Made by a program: the position numbers and the translations under genes. 64,000 nucleotides of DNA, taken from the NCBI GenBank assembly GCA_003152105.1, contig PLZJ01000002.1, forward strand, positions 172,257 to 236,256, given 5' to 3'. Shown piece after piece: positions 21,269-30,876 of this stretch (position 1 is its first letter; each line of letters starts with the position of its first letter). The notes beneath the pieces were generated by a model. The model made no database searches, was not told where the DNA came from, and saw only the letters and a list, made by a program, of their open reading frames with translations. Source of the DNA: Candidatus Levyibacteriota bacterium. GTDB taxonomy: Bacteria; Patescibacteriota; Microgenomatia; Levybacterales; UBA12049.

Positions 21269-22348
21269 ATGTCCAAGCCCACACCAATAATTTCTGATAT
21301 TATACATTCTGCAAAAAAACGTGGATATATAACGCAAGATGAAATTTTAGGTATATTTTCAAAGCCAGAAGAGCATATTCTAGAACTTGATGAGTTATAT
21401 TCAAAGCTTCTTAAATTAGATATCGATGTATTCGAAACTGTTGCACAAGGTCAGGAAGAACAAAAACCCATTGAGCAACTTGAAAAGGAATTAGAAGCTC
21501 TTACTGTTTTAACCGAAGGCACAGTATCAGATCCGGTCAGAATGTACTTAAAAGAAATCGGAAGGATACCCCTGTTAACTTTTGATCAAGAAATCTCCCT
21601 AGCTAAAAGAGTAGAAAAAGGAGATGACGAAGCAAAAAAAATATTAATAAATTCTAACCTTAGATTAGTAGTATCTATTGCTAAAAAATATGTAGGAAGA
21701 GGTTTAACTTTGCTAGATTTAATTCAAGAAGGAAATCAAGGATTAATTCGAGCAGTAGAAAAGTATGATTGGAGAAGAGGATATAAATTTTCAACCTACG
21801 CCACTTGGTGGATTCGTCAAAGTATCACTCGTGCTATTGCAGATCAGGCAAGAACCATACGTATTCCAGTACATATGGTAGAAAATATCAACCGTTTTTT
21901 AAGAGCTTCTAGAAAATTAATGCAAGAACTTGGAAGAGAGCCTACGCCTGAAGAAGTTGCAAAAGTATTAAATATTGATCCCGATAAAGCTCTAGAGATA
22001 ATCAAAATATCCCAAGAACCTGCTAGTTTAGAGTCTCCGGTGGGAGATGAAGAGGACAGTAGATTAGGAGATTTCATTCATGATTCTTCAGCGCCTACAT
22101 TATTTGACTCGGCTTCAAGAGAATTACTTAAGGAACAGGTTGAGCAAGTATTGGAAACCTTGTCGGACAGAGAAAGAAGAGTTTTAGAAGAAAGATTTGG
22201 ATTAAAAGATGGGAGACCAAAGACTCTCGAAGAAGTAGGTAGAATGTTTGCTGTTACTAGAGAGCGCATAAGACAAATTGAGGCTAAAGCACTGCGAAAA
22301 CTTCGACATCCTTCTAGGGGTAATAAGCTCAAGGATTATCTTGGATAA
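21269..22348 (+). CDS. rpoD: RNA polymerase sigma-70 factor
   Basis: Regions 2-4 conserved ([60 protein letters not shown]). Confidence 0.9.
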   Translation: MSKPTPIISDIIHSAKKRGYITQDEILGIFSKPEEHILELDELYSKLLKLDIDVFETVAQGQEEQKPIEQLEKELEALTVLTEGTVSDPVRMYLKEIGRIPLLTFDQEISLAKRVEKGDDEAKKILINSNLRLVVSIAKKYVGRGLTLLDLIQEGNQGLIRAVEKYDWRRGYKFSTYATWWIRQSITRAIADQARTIRIPVHMVENINRFLRASRKLMQELGREPTPEEVAKVLNIDPDKALEIIKISQEPASLESPVGDEEDSRLGDFIHDSSAPTLFDSASRELLKEQVEQVLETLSDRERRVLEERFGLKDGRPKTLEEVGRMFAVTRERIRQIEAKALRKLRHPSRGNKLKDYLG

Positions 22349-22422
22349 ACTTTTTACAACTTCCTTAATTTTAACTCTAAATGTAGATTTATAGCTAATT
22401 TGATGTTATAATTTTCTCACAT

Positions 22423-22494
22423 TCCGCGATAGCTCAACGGTAGAGCAGGAAACTGTTAATTTCAAGGTTCTAGGTTCGAATCCTAGTCGCGGAG
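22423..22494 (+). tRNA. tRNA-Asn (GTT)
   Basis: 72 nt cloverleaf: acceptor TCCGCGA/TCGCGGA, D-arm GCTC/GAGC, anticodon loop CTGTTAA, T-arm CTAGG-TTCGAAT-CCTAG, discriminator G; no encoded CCA. Confidence 0.8.
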
Positions 22495-24117
22495 CAGATC
22501 AGGACAAACAAGCTGCAAAGTCTCTGTTTGGGTCTTTAAGTCAATAATTCCTCGCTGTTCGAAATTCAAAAGTACTGGTTCCACATCGGCAATTGTTTTA
22601 TCCCTGTTTGATATATCTGCAAGTTTCTTCAGAATGGTAAACACTGGTGTAAATTCGAAATAAAGCTTACCGTCTCTAAAAGTTAAAGATTTAAAGATGT
22701 CATTAAGCATAACTCTTTTTTCTTCAATACCTTTTGTATATAGGTATCGTTCTTTAGCACTTTGTGATAGTTCATAAAAAGTAATCGTCTTCTCAAGATA
22801 TTTAGTATCTGCATTAGCATGTTTACCTAGCTCTTCTAGGATTCCTTCTCTCTCATCAGTATATTTTCTAAACTTTGCGTCATAAAATTCTTGGGAAATT
22901 TTTCCATCAACCTTATCATCATAAAGCCTATCTAGTCGTGTTTTAACAACTTCATGCTGCTTTGTTAGCTCATTTACAGCAGTTGAATAGTAATGTGATT
23001 CATCTTCATGTCCTTCCTTTAAGGCTTTGTGTATCCATGTTTGAATACGCTTATTCTTAACTTCAAGTTCTTCAAGTACCTGTGCAAGCTCTATTTCGAT
23101 ATCAAACTCTTTTGCCCAAGTAGACTGTGAGCATGCCTTAAAGTGGTGACAATGGCCATAAATGATGTTTTTATGTATTTCCCAAGTAATTGTGCCACTA
23201 CACTCCCCACATTTAATAAGTTTGTTAAACAAAAAGAAGTGCTTGCTGTATACTGGTCCTCCTTTACCTTTCAATCTTCTTTGAACTCTTTCAAACAAAT
23301 CTTTATCAATAAGACATTCATGTTCACCTTGAGTAATAATTCCATTCCATCTATTCTTGCCTATATAAAAAGGGTTTTGCAGTAATTCATGGATCCTGCT
23401 CATTACTATTTTATGACCGTGTCTATTGCGAAGTCCTTCTTTTGCCATTTTTGCTGTTAATTGTTTTACTGAGTAATTTCCGCTGGCATAATACTCAAAC
23501 ATTTTTATAGCTAATGGAGCTTTCTCTTCATCAATAACATGAATCTTATGTCCTTTATCTCCAGTTGTAATGTATCCTACAGGTGGGGTTGTAGGTAGCC
23601 ATCCTTGTGCTAATTTTTCTTTCTGCCCCTTTTTGACTTCTTCAGAAAGGTTATCAATATAGTATTGTGCTACTGATACTTTAATATTCCATATAAACTT
23701 TTCATTTGATTTAGAATCCCTACTTAAAACAACATTTTCTTTTACAAAATGAATTTGATGGTTTGGGTTTTCATTTAACCAGTCATTCATGTCCGTTGCA
23801 TCTCTAAGATTTCTTGTTAGTCTATCAACTTTTTCGCACAGTAGAATCTCTATTTTGTGTTCTTTAACGTAAGAAAGCATGTTTAAAAAGAAATTTCTTT
23901 GCTTTTTGCCACTTGCTGATTCTGAGATTGAAAATAACTTAATTTCTTTAGGATTATATCCTTGCTTTAGAGCATACTCATTGAGAAGTTTTTCTTGAGC
24001 GGGGAGTGAATAGCCATCAACTTCCTGTTCGCGAGAACTAACCCTACAGAATATTACAATCTTTATTTTCATATTATTTCCCATTTTTATTTTCTCCTTT
24101 CGTGCTAAAGTCGTCAA
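22483..24117 (-). CDS. large serine recombinase (resolvase N-terminal domain + recombinase domain + zinc ribbon)
   Basis: N-terminal IVIFCRVSSREQ catalytic Ser motif, Cys-rich (CGEC...C...HC) zinc ribbon, about 540 aa. 3' end overlaps tRNA-Asn by 12 nt. Confidence 0.85.
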   Translation of the reverse strand: MTTLARKEKIKMGNNMKIKIVIFCRVSSREQEVDGYSLPAQEKLLNEYALKQGYNPKEIKLFSISESASGKKQRNFFLNMLSYVKEHKIEILLCEKVDRLTRNLRDATDMNDWLNENPNHQIHFVKENVVLSRDSKSNEKFIWNIKVSVAQYYIDNLSEEVKKGQKEKLAQGWLPTTPPVGYITTGDKGHKIHVIDEEKAPLAIKMFEYYASGNYSVKQLTAKMAKEGLRNRHGHKIVMSRIHELLQNPFYIGKNRWNGIITQGEHECLIDKDLFERVQRRLKGKGGPVYSKHFFLFNKLIKCGECSGTITWEIHKNIIYGHCHHFKACSQSTWAKEFDIEIELAQVLEELEVKNKRIQTWIHKALKEGHEDESHYYSTAVNELTKQHEVVKTRLDRLYDDKVDGKISQEFYDAKFRKYTDEREGILEELGKHANADTKYLEKTITFYELSQSAKERYLYTKGIEEKRVMLNDIFKSLTFRDGKLYFEFTPVFTILKKLADISNRDKTIADVEPVLLNFEQRGIIDLKTQTETLQLVCPDLLRD

Positions 24118-24325
24118 TACTAGGGGTAGGAGGAGTTTCGAACTTTAATAAAGTTCCATAGAAGGAAACAAGGAAATATGCAAAGTCTTTTAACTCTTTT
24201 GATTTTAATGAAATACTAAATTCTTCTTTTAGTATTACACCAAGTTCTTCAATTGTTGAATCTTTTAGTTTCATAATTATTTTTTTAGCCACAAACCCTT
24301 TTCTAAAAACGTTTTGAATGCCCAT
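24074..24325 (-). CDS. hypothetical small protein (island)
   Basis: ORF co-oriented with and overlapping the recombinase start. Confidence 0.3.
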   Translation of the reverse strand: MGIQNVFRKGFVAKKIIMKLKDSTIEELGVILKEEFSISLKSKELKDFAYFLVSFYGTLLKFETPPTPSIDDFSTKGENKNGK

Positions 24326-24723
24326 TTCAGATCTTCAGGATTTTTTGTTGTTATCTGATTATCAATGACTTCAGTTTTTCCATTAGGTTTATTAAACTTT
24401 CCGTACACAACTTTGAAAGTAACTAAAACATTAAATCTAGATTTTGATTTGAGGCTAGAATTTATGATTTTCTTGATTTTTCTAAGACTTGGGCGTACTT
24501 GTCTCTTTCCACTTTTTTCGTGATAGGTAATTGAAATTTTCGGAGTTAATAAATTAAAAAACTGATTGTGTGTATTTTTTATCCCTATTGAATAATTACC
24601 TATATAGTTAAGAATATATTTAACAATAACTATATTGTTATTGTTTCTATCTAATAAAAGGTTAGTATTTAAAGTTACTATTAAATGGTTATTAATATAC
24701 TTATTAGAAGGGGAGATTATCAT
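24277..24723 (-). CDS. hypothetical protein (island)
   Basis: ORF in a co-directional block with overlapping starts and stops. Confidence 0.4.
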   Translation of the reverse strand: MIISPSNKYINNHLIVTLNTNLLLDRNNNNIVIVKYILNYIGNYSIGIKNTHNQFFNLLTPKISITYHEKSGKRQVRPSLRKIKKIINSSLKSKSRFNVLVTFKVVYGKFNKPNGKTEVIDNQITTKNPEDLKWAFKTFLEKGLWLKK

Positions 24724-25054
24724 AATCTATTTCCTCCTCTCCAGTTTTAATATCTAGTAATTTTTCTTTTATTTCGTCAGTAATTTTTGAAGTCATTACT
24801 TTATATGAGTCTTTGTTGGGGAAATAAACTGCTTTAATATATTTAAATGAAATTTTATATGCAGGGAGATCAAAGACAAGGACACGGCCATTACCAAAAT
24901 CTTTATATTTTATTACGCAACCTTTTATTATTAAAATACCAAAATCAAGTTTTGCAAACGCTACTATTGGATCTTTATCAGGTACAATAGTTATATAGGC
25001 ATTTATAAGTTTACCTTCATAAAGTAATTCAAGTTTAATTTCTATATTTTTCAT
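24704..25054 (-). CDS. hypothetical protein, weakly SpoVG-like
   Basis: 116 aa; a central IKGCVIKYKDFGNGRVLVFDLP segment faintly recalls SpoVG. Confidence 0.4.
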   Translation of the reverse strand: MKNIEIKLELLYEGKLINAYITIVPDKDPIVAFAKLDFGILIIKGCVIKYKDFGNGRVLVFDLPAYKISFKYIKAVYFPNKDSYKVMTSKITDEIKEKLLDIKTGEEEIDYDNLPF

Positions 25055-25055
25055 A

Positions 25056-25328
25056 TTAATTGTTGTTGTATAGTCGATCTTTTAGGCTTTTTATTGCCTC
25101 TAAGAGTTTTCTTGCATCAACCATTGTTCTTGCGTCTTGATCAGGGGCAAAATTAAATATCTGGGTTAAATCTTCACAGGTTGAGGCATCTGCAAAGATA
25201 AAGGTAGATTTATTACTTGAGTCGCTTTTTTCTATACCCTTCAATGTCACACCTTTTGCATACAAAAATGCCGAAAGGTTAAGAGAAGAGGTTTTATATA
25301 TATTCTTGTTATTTTTATCTGTTTTCAT
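25056..25328 (-). CDS. hypothetical protein (island)
   Basis: ORF tightly packed with its neighbours. Confidence 0.4.
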   Translation of the reverse strand: MKTDKNNKNIYKTSSLNLSAFLYAKGVTLKGIEKSDSSNKSTFIFADASTCEDLTQIFNFAPDQDARTMVDARKLLEAIKSLKDRLYNNN

Positions 25329-25394
25329 ATTTTTTAAATTGTAAGTTAAAAGAGGAAAAAGGGAAAAGACAGTTAATGTGGGCTTTTATGTGTC

Positions 25395-26147
25395 CTAAAG
25401 ATCGACTTCTTGCAGCTCAGATATATCTTGGGGCTTAAGAGTAGCTACAAAATTGGTAAAATTATTAAAAGCGGTAAGTATTTCTTCTTGTAATTTAGTG
25501 TTTTTAGTGAGTTTTTTATTTAAACTTTTCTGATATCTATGAAAATACTTATTGAGATCACTTTCACTATGCGTTTTCCCACTTTCAGTACTAAGATTAT
25601 CAGCTATGTCCTTAAAAGAATCTCCTTGTAGTCTTAAGTTATTAAGTTTTCTTCTAAATCTGATATTCTTAGTTTTAAGTACACGATTTTTAGGAAGAAA
25701 GGTAAAAAAGTATTGCAGCTCAGATTTATAATTATCTAGAATTTTACTTAACTCTTTTAAAGAAACATACTCTGATACTGTGATAATAATTTTCTTTGTT
25801 ATATCGCCTTTTATTCCAGTTTCATTTTTTGTTTCTAGACCAATAGTTACCTTTGGTCCATTAGTTAATGGAGATGGAATTGCAACACCATGTTTTATTA
25901 TATACTTGAAAGTAAAAGCCCAATGGCTGGGTAAGTTATAAATCTTAGTAAGAAAAATCGAAGCACCTTCTACAATTAAGTCTTTTGCCTCAATTGAAGT
26001 AGCTTTAGCTGTGTTTTTTCTTGCAACAACAACAAATTCTTCAAAAAAAGGATCATCTGATAAAATGGTTATAAACTTTTTTACATGTTTCTTGAATTTC
26101 TTTTTCTCTCCATTCTTATCCTTAAGTGAAGAAATTTTTATTTTCAT
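25395..26147 (-). CDS. hypothetical basic protein (island)
   Basis: 250 aa Lys-rich ORF, first gene of the minus-strand block. Confidence 0.45.
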   Translation of the reverse strand: MKIKISSLKDKNGEKKKFKKHVKKFITILSDDPFFEEFVVVARKNTAKATSIEAKDLIVEGASIFLTKIYNLPSHWAFTFKYIIKHGVAIPSPLTNGPKVTIGLETKNETGIKGDITKKIIITVSEYVSLKELSKILDNYKSELQYFFTFLPKNRVLKTKNIRFRRKLNNLRLQGDSFKDIADNLSTESGKTHSESDLNKYFHRYQKSLNKKLTKNTKLQEEILTAFNNFTNFVATLKPQDISELQEVDL

Positions 26148-26352
26148 CTTTATATTGATCTTTTCTACCAGATTATAACATTAAACATAGCTATATTTAT
26201 GAATACCAATACAGATTAAATATAAAACTTATATAACTATTATTGATTTTAGTTACTCTTTAGCGGTACAATTCAAATACAATTTGGTTTGCCTAAACTT
26301 AAGTATTTAAATACTGAGCATGGCATAAGAAGTCTTTCGGAGCAGTAAGCTG

Positions 26353-27105
26353 TTGTCAGATGCTCCGAAAGCTAGTATCCGAAAGGGTGCTATTTGGGGA
26401 AACCCATTGCTGGCAGCAGCTTATTTTGTGAAATATTTAAATTTTAAACAAGCTTCATTCCAGCTCATAGCGGCCAGCGCCCTCGCTGCAATCCTGATTC
26501 TTGCTTACAACAATCAATCAAAGATTCAAGCAGTTCTTGGTATTTCAACTAATAAGACAACTCCAAATGCAGGAATAAACCCAAAAGAATTTGCCTACCC
26601 TACTATTAATCCGTTGCCTTCAACTGTACCAACTTATGAAATTAAGTCAAATGACCCAAACGTACAATGTAATTTATATGCTTGCGGAACAATAAGTATG
26701 TCTTCTAGTCAATGTAAGCTTTCTGGTTGTTGCACAATCGGTAATCAGAATGTTGTCATGACAGATCAAAATAAATGTACTCAAGAGCAGCAAGCATATG
26801 CCTCAACACATCAGCAGCAATCTATTCAACAACCAAATTACCCAGTTAGCAATATGAATCCATATAATAACTGCATGAACCAAGAACAAGAAATTGAAAA
26901 CACTTGTAATAGTAGCTGTTCTTCTGAGGAATCAACCGAAACAAGCTTATGTCAAAACGAATATGGATACCATGCTGTATACCAAAATTCTGATTCTTAC
27001 AGTTCATGCTTAAATGATGCAACTACAAAGAATGAGTCTTGTCTGAACAATTGCACTTCTACTTATCAAAATGGAATACAAAGTTGCTTGCAGCTATCGA
27101 AATAA
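26353..27105 (+). CDS. secreted Cys/Gln/Asn-rich protein
   Basis: N-terminal TM or signal, about 20 Cys in a low-complexity C-terminal region. Confidence 0.45.
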   Translation: MSDAPKASIRKGAIWGNPLLAAAYFVKYLNFKQASFQLIAASALAAILILAYNNQSKIQAVLGISTNKTTPNAGINPKEFAYPTINPLPSTVPTYEIKSNDPNVQCNLYACGTISMSSSQCKLSGCCTIGNQNVVMTDQNKCTQEQQAYASTHQQQSIQQPNYPVSNMNPYNNCMNQEQEIENTCNSSCSSEESTETSLCQNEYGYHAVYQNSDSYSSCLNDATTKNESCLNNCTSTYQNGIQSCLQLSK

Positions 27106-27220
27106 ATCAATTAGTAGAATTAGCTAGAAATAATACTTTAGTTTTTAGGTAACTTTACTTTCTTGTCATAAACAACTGATGGTTACATAATTCAACTGAT
27201 CAGCTTATTTAAAAACAAAT

Positions 27221-27763
27221 ATGTCAGGATTATTTGCTCTCTTGTTTCTTGCCTCAATCGTTGCTTTCCTAATCAGTATGGTAAAGCCCTCATTGTTTTC
27301 TAAAATCTCGATTACAAGACGGAAAAATGCCGCATTATTATTTGGTGGACTTACTTTTCTATTTTTAATTTTAGGAGGTGCAACAGCGCCCCAACCTTCA
27401 ACTACAGCAGTAAAGGGAGCTTCAGTTGCAGAATCACCAACAGTAATTCCAACTGTAAAACCTACAAAAATACCAACTCCAACAATAGTTCCTACTAAAA
27501 TTGTAAAACCAACATTATATATTCAGCCAACTACTCAACAGCAAACAAATGTTGTTACTCCACAAACACAGGGTTCATCAGGATTAAGCAATAACAATTA
27601 CTACACTAATTCAAGCGGCAATCAAGTTCACTCGCCAGCGTACTCAAACAATGGACAAGCACCGGCTGGTGCAACAGCACAATGCGCAGATGGAACCTAT
27701 TCTTTTTCACAACATCATCAGGGCACATGTAGTGGACATGGTGGCGTTGCTAGTTGGTTATAA
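27221..27763 (+). CDS. DUF3761-like secreted protein
   Basis: C-terminal QCADGTYSFSQHHQGTCSGHGGVASWL matches the DUF3761 signature; N-terminal TM or signal. Confidence 0.5.
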   Translation: MSGLFALLFLASIVAFLISMVKPSLFSKISITRRKNAALLFGGLTFLFLILGGATAPQPSTTAVKGASVAESPTVIPTVKPTKIPTPTIVPTKIVKPTLYIQPTTQQQTNVVTPQTQGSSGLSNNNYYTNSSGNQVHSPAYSNNGQAPAGATAQCADGTYSFSQHHQGTCSGHGGVASWL

Positions 27764-27793
27764 TCTTCAAAATCCAAAAATTGATCTCATATA

Positions 27794-28321
27794 TTGTATA
27801 ATATACGTATGTGGGAAGATGATGAATCAGAAGTTGCTTATTACGACGTAGATCAAGTTTGCTTGAATGGACATGTAATTAACGACCGTTACAATGAATC
27901 TCCTCAAAATAATAAAAAACATTGTCCTGAATGCGGAGAGCTAACTATAACTCAATGCATTAATTGTCATGCCGATATTCCTGGGTATTATAACTCAACA
28001 AAAGTCGCAGCGCTTTATACTGAACCAGCTCCTTCATATTGTCATAACTGTGGTAAACCTTATCCCTGGACTGAAAATAAGTTGAAAGCTGCAAAAGAAC
28101 TAATTGAACTTCAAGAACAATGGCAAAAGTTAGGCAAAGAAGAACAAGCAAGTATCGAAAAAAGTCTTGCAGATATTACAAAAGATACACCTCAAGCAAC
28201 AGTAGGAGCAACTCGACTTAATAAATTATTAGTTAAAATCGGCAGTGGCGCAGGAGATGCTTTAAAACAGATATTTGTTGATGTAGCAAGTGAAACAGCA
28301 AAAAAAGTTTTATTGGGATAG
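27794..28321 (+). CDS. zinc-ribbon protein (DUF2321-like)
   Basis: Paired CxxC motifs CPECG...CINCH and CHNCG. Confidence 0.45.
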   Translation: MYNIRMWEDDESEVAYYDVDQVCLNGHVINDRYNESPQNNKKHCPECGELTITQCINCHADIPGYYNSTKVAALYTEPAPSYCHNCGKPYPWTENKLKAAKELIELQEQWQKLGKEEQASIEKSLADITKDTPQATVGATRLNKLLVKIGSGAGDALKQIFVDVASETAKKVLLG

Positions 28322-28326
28322 TAAAG

Positions 28327-29073
28327 ATGAATAAAACATGGAAAGATTTCCTACCACCTCCTGAAATATTAATTGAATTGGAACCTGAATCCATAGCTCC
28401 TAATTTACTACTTTATCTCAATGACTTTGTATCTCATGATAACCAAGGTAATAAACTTCATATTAGCCATCACATAAATGAAGGTAATTCTTTACTTAGA
28501 GATTATGCTGGTACTCATCTCAAGCAGGTATTGTTAGTACTAGCAGAGGCATGGGGTTGGTTAATTCAGCAAAATTTTTTATGTCCATATCCTAATGATT
28601 CAAGTTCAAATGGATGGCTATTTATTTCCAGACGAGGAACAACAATTCAAACTTCTGATGATTTTAAAAAATATGCACATATAAGTCTATTACCACGTAA
28701 TGTGTTGGATACGGAGTTAAATAAAAAAGTATGGCCATCCTTTATTGACGGGGATTTTGATACTGCGATATTTGCAGCATTTAAAGAAGTTGAAGTTAGG
28801 ATGAGAAACGTTGCTGGATTAGATGCAACTCATATTGGTGTTAATTTGGCACGAGAAGTATTCCATCCCGAAAGTGGTCAATTAACTGATAAAATCAGCC
28901 CTGATAAAGGAGAAAAGGTAGCATATATGGAGTTATTTGCAGGTTCGATTGGTGTATTTAAAAATCCAGGCAGTCATCGACCAGTAAACTATGATGATCC
29001 AATAATAGTCGTAAGTTTAATACTTTTTGCCAACACATTGTTGCAAATAATTGAAAAAAGGAAATCTGTCTAG
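28327..29073 (+). CDS. hypothetical protein
   Basis: ORF directly following 27794-28321; possible operon pair. Confidence 0.4.
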   Translation: MNKTWKDFLPPPEILIELEPESIAPNLLLYLNDFVSHDNQGNKLHISHHINEGNSLLRDYAGTHLKQVLLVLAEAWGWLIQQNFLCPYPNDSSSNGWLFISRRGTTIQTSDDFKKYAHISLLPRNVLDTELNKKVWPSFIDGDFDTAIFAAFKEVEVRMRNVAGLDATHIGVNLAREVFHPESGQLTDKISPDKGEKVAYMELFAGSIGVFKNPGSHRPVNYDDPIIVVSLILFANTLLQIIEKRKSV

Positions 29074-29452
29074 TTTAATTTAGTTATTTATATATAACTT
29101 TCTCATTTTCTTGTTCTCAGCGCCCTTGCACAATCTCCCAAAAAAGAAAAAATGGGGGCAAAAATTTATCAATTACACTTCTATATTCAAATCGTAGAAA
29201 TTGGGGTATAGACCACTTCTAACTGTTCGTAGAAGTCGATCTCAAGATAGTGGGGAGTCCTCAAGTATCCAGGTATATAGGGAGGGTATGCAGCAATTAC
29301 ACAAATGTATAAATTCAGAAACTAAAATAAATAATAATTAGTCATGCGGCGAGGACGCTGGCAATTGTGGATTCTAGCATATTTCTATATTGATATTAGT
29401 GAATGAATTGAATTGAATAAGTAATTATTATTGACAATGGTATAATCCAAAC

Positions 29453-30115
29453 ATGCAATTCTTGTCTACAGATATTAAGCCAATAAAATTTGACCAAATA
29501 AAAGAAACATACATTTTTTACCTTAAAGAAAATTTTATTTTAATGAGTCAAATTAAAAGAAGAGGTGATAATAACTTTGCGGCGTTTGATCCTAATAAGT
29601 CTGAAAAACTTTTTAAAGGAAGGGCACTTCACATACAATTAATGTCTTTAATTGGTATCACAGCAGAACATTTAGTTAAATTAATAATTTCTAAAAGAGG
29701 GTATACTCTTAATAAAATTTCATATGTAAAAGATGATGCCAATTCTTCAATGCCTACAATAATCTACTCATCTATGTTAATAGGATTTAAGGAGTCAGTG
29801 AAACTTTTAACTCAATCAAATACAAATAATTATTTTATCAAACTGAAACCTTATCAGTTAAATCCTTTTCCCAAAGCATACGATAGAGATGTATATTTTA
29901 ATCGTAAAAAGATTAATCCAGGAGAATGCTTAAATCTTTTAGTTGAAGTTAGAAATAGTTATCTACATGATCCAACGCCAAAAAATGAACAAAATGGAGT
30001 AATTTGGTATCTTTATGATTTTATTCTATGGCTAGCTAAAAAAGAATTTTCAGGAGAATTCAAAAATCAAAAGTATATTGGAAATGATGAAATTAAAAAA
30101 ATCTATAGCGCATAG
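29453..30115 (+). CDS. hypothetical protein
   Basis: ORF with an upstream extended -10 box (TGGTATAAT at 29436-29444). Confidence 0.4.
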   Translation: MQFLSTDIKPIKFDQIKETYIFYLKENFILMSQIKRRGDNNFAAFDPNKSEKLFKGRALHIQLMSLIGITAEHLVKLIISKRGYTLNKISYVKDDANSSMPTIIYSSMLIGFKESVKLLTQSNTNNYFIKLKPYQLNPFPKAYDRDVYFNRKKINPGECLNLLVEVRNSYLHDPTPKNEQNGVIWYLYDFILWLAKKEFSGEFKNQKYIGNDEIKKIYSA

Positions 30116-30138
30116 TAAGTAGATGGTATAATATAGGT

Positions 30139-30351
30139 ATGCAAATTACCAAAAGAAAAACTACTGTTACTGGTGGGATTTATCATGGAGAAAAATATGG
30201 ATGGCACTATTATTTTGGCCATGCATTAAGTGGTAAATTCTTTTCGAGACATCAAGCAGAAAAAGCATTGAAAGCTCAATTCGATCAAGCAACTGAACAA
30301 TTCGGAAAAAATTGGGAAGTAGCTATTAATAGGAAAGACTTAGACAATTAG
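30139..30351 (+). CDS. hypothetical small protein
   Basis: ORF with TGGTATAAT upstream; its stop is 5 nt before repeat R1. Confidence 0.35.
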   Translation: MQITKRKTTVTGGIYHGEKYGWHYYFGHALSGKFFSRHQAEKALKAQFDQATEQFGKNWEVAINRKDLDN

Positions 30352-30355
30352 TCAT

Positions 30356-30383
30356 GTTTCTAACATCCTCTACTCCTGCGAGC
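30356..30383 (+). repeat. cassette-boundary repeat R1
   Basis: GTTTCTAACATCCTCTACTCCTGCGAGC. Confidence 0.8.
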
Positions 30384-30400
30384 TTTTATTTGGATACTTA

Positions 30401-30781
30401 TTACACAGTCTTTTGTAATATTATCAGAGGTGCTTTACCTAGTCTTTCTTCAGCTATATCGGCGAACCTTCTGCTTCTCTCCAAGACTGAAAGTGAATCA
30501 TTTCCAATATCGGTACTAAGTATATAGCCAGCTTGAGTTAGATTAATAGGTTCTTGATCTTCTCCTACTTCTCGTTCTTCTACAACTTTAGCCTCTATTC
30601 CAACCTCATTACCATAATGTACATAATCTATGGCTACATGATAAGACATCCTTATGGTCCTTGCAGTTTCTTCATCAACTAATTCTTTTGTTCCAGATGT
30701 CAAATCGATTTTATCAATAGGTCCCTCAAAGAAGTCTGGCGAATAGATAGATCTATAATATTGGGTTTCAGCATGACTCAT
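30401..30781 (-). CDS. cassette gene: hypothetical protein
   Basis: ORF between R1 and R2; TATAAT 8 nt upstream of its ATG. Confidence 0.45.
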   Translation of the reverse strand: MSHAETQYYRSIYSPDFFEGPIDKIDLTSGTKELVDEETARTIRMSYHVAIDYVHYGNEVGIEAKVVEEREVGEDQEPINLTQAGYILSTDIGNDSLSVLERSRRFADIAEERLGKAPLIILQKTV

Positions 30782-30808
30782 ATAATTGCAGTATTATACC
30801 ATGAGACA

Positions 30809-30835
30809 AGTTCTAACATCCTCCACTCCTGCGAG
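30809..30835 (+). repeat. cassette-boundary repeat R2
   Basis: GTTCTAACATCCTCCACTCCTGCGAGC. Confidence 0.85.
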
Positions 30836-30876
30836 CAATATTAGTGTTAAATTAGAGGAATTTATTTTTCAAGAAG

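Larger units (their letters stand above)
22483..30355. mobile_element. putative integrated element inserted at the tRNA-Asn 3' end and carrying a large serine recombinase; right boundary uncertain (could extend through the cassette array)
   Basis: Recombinase stop and last 4 codons overlap the tRNA 3' end; block of co-oriented hypothetical genes; no matching att repeat identified. Confidence 0.4.

Noticed and set aside
29074-29452. Possible ncRNA or extra boundary repeat in the 380-nt gap before 29453
   Set aside because: This is a relatively GC-richer patch (GTTCTCAGCGCCCTTGCACAATCTCCC, GGGGAGTCCTCAAGTATCCAGG) with only a faint resemblance to the repeat. No convincing structure or conservation can be judged from a single sequence, so it is not called.
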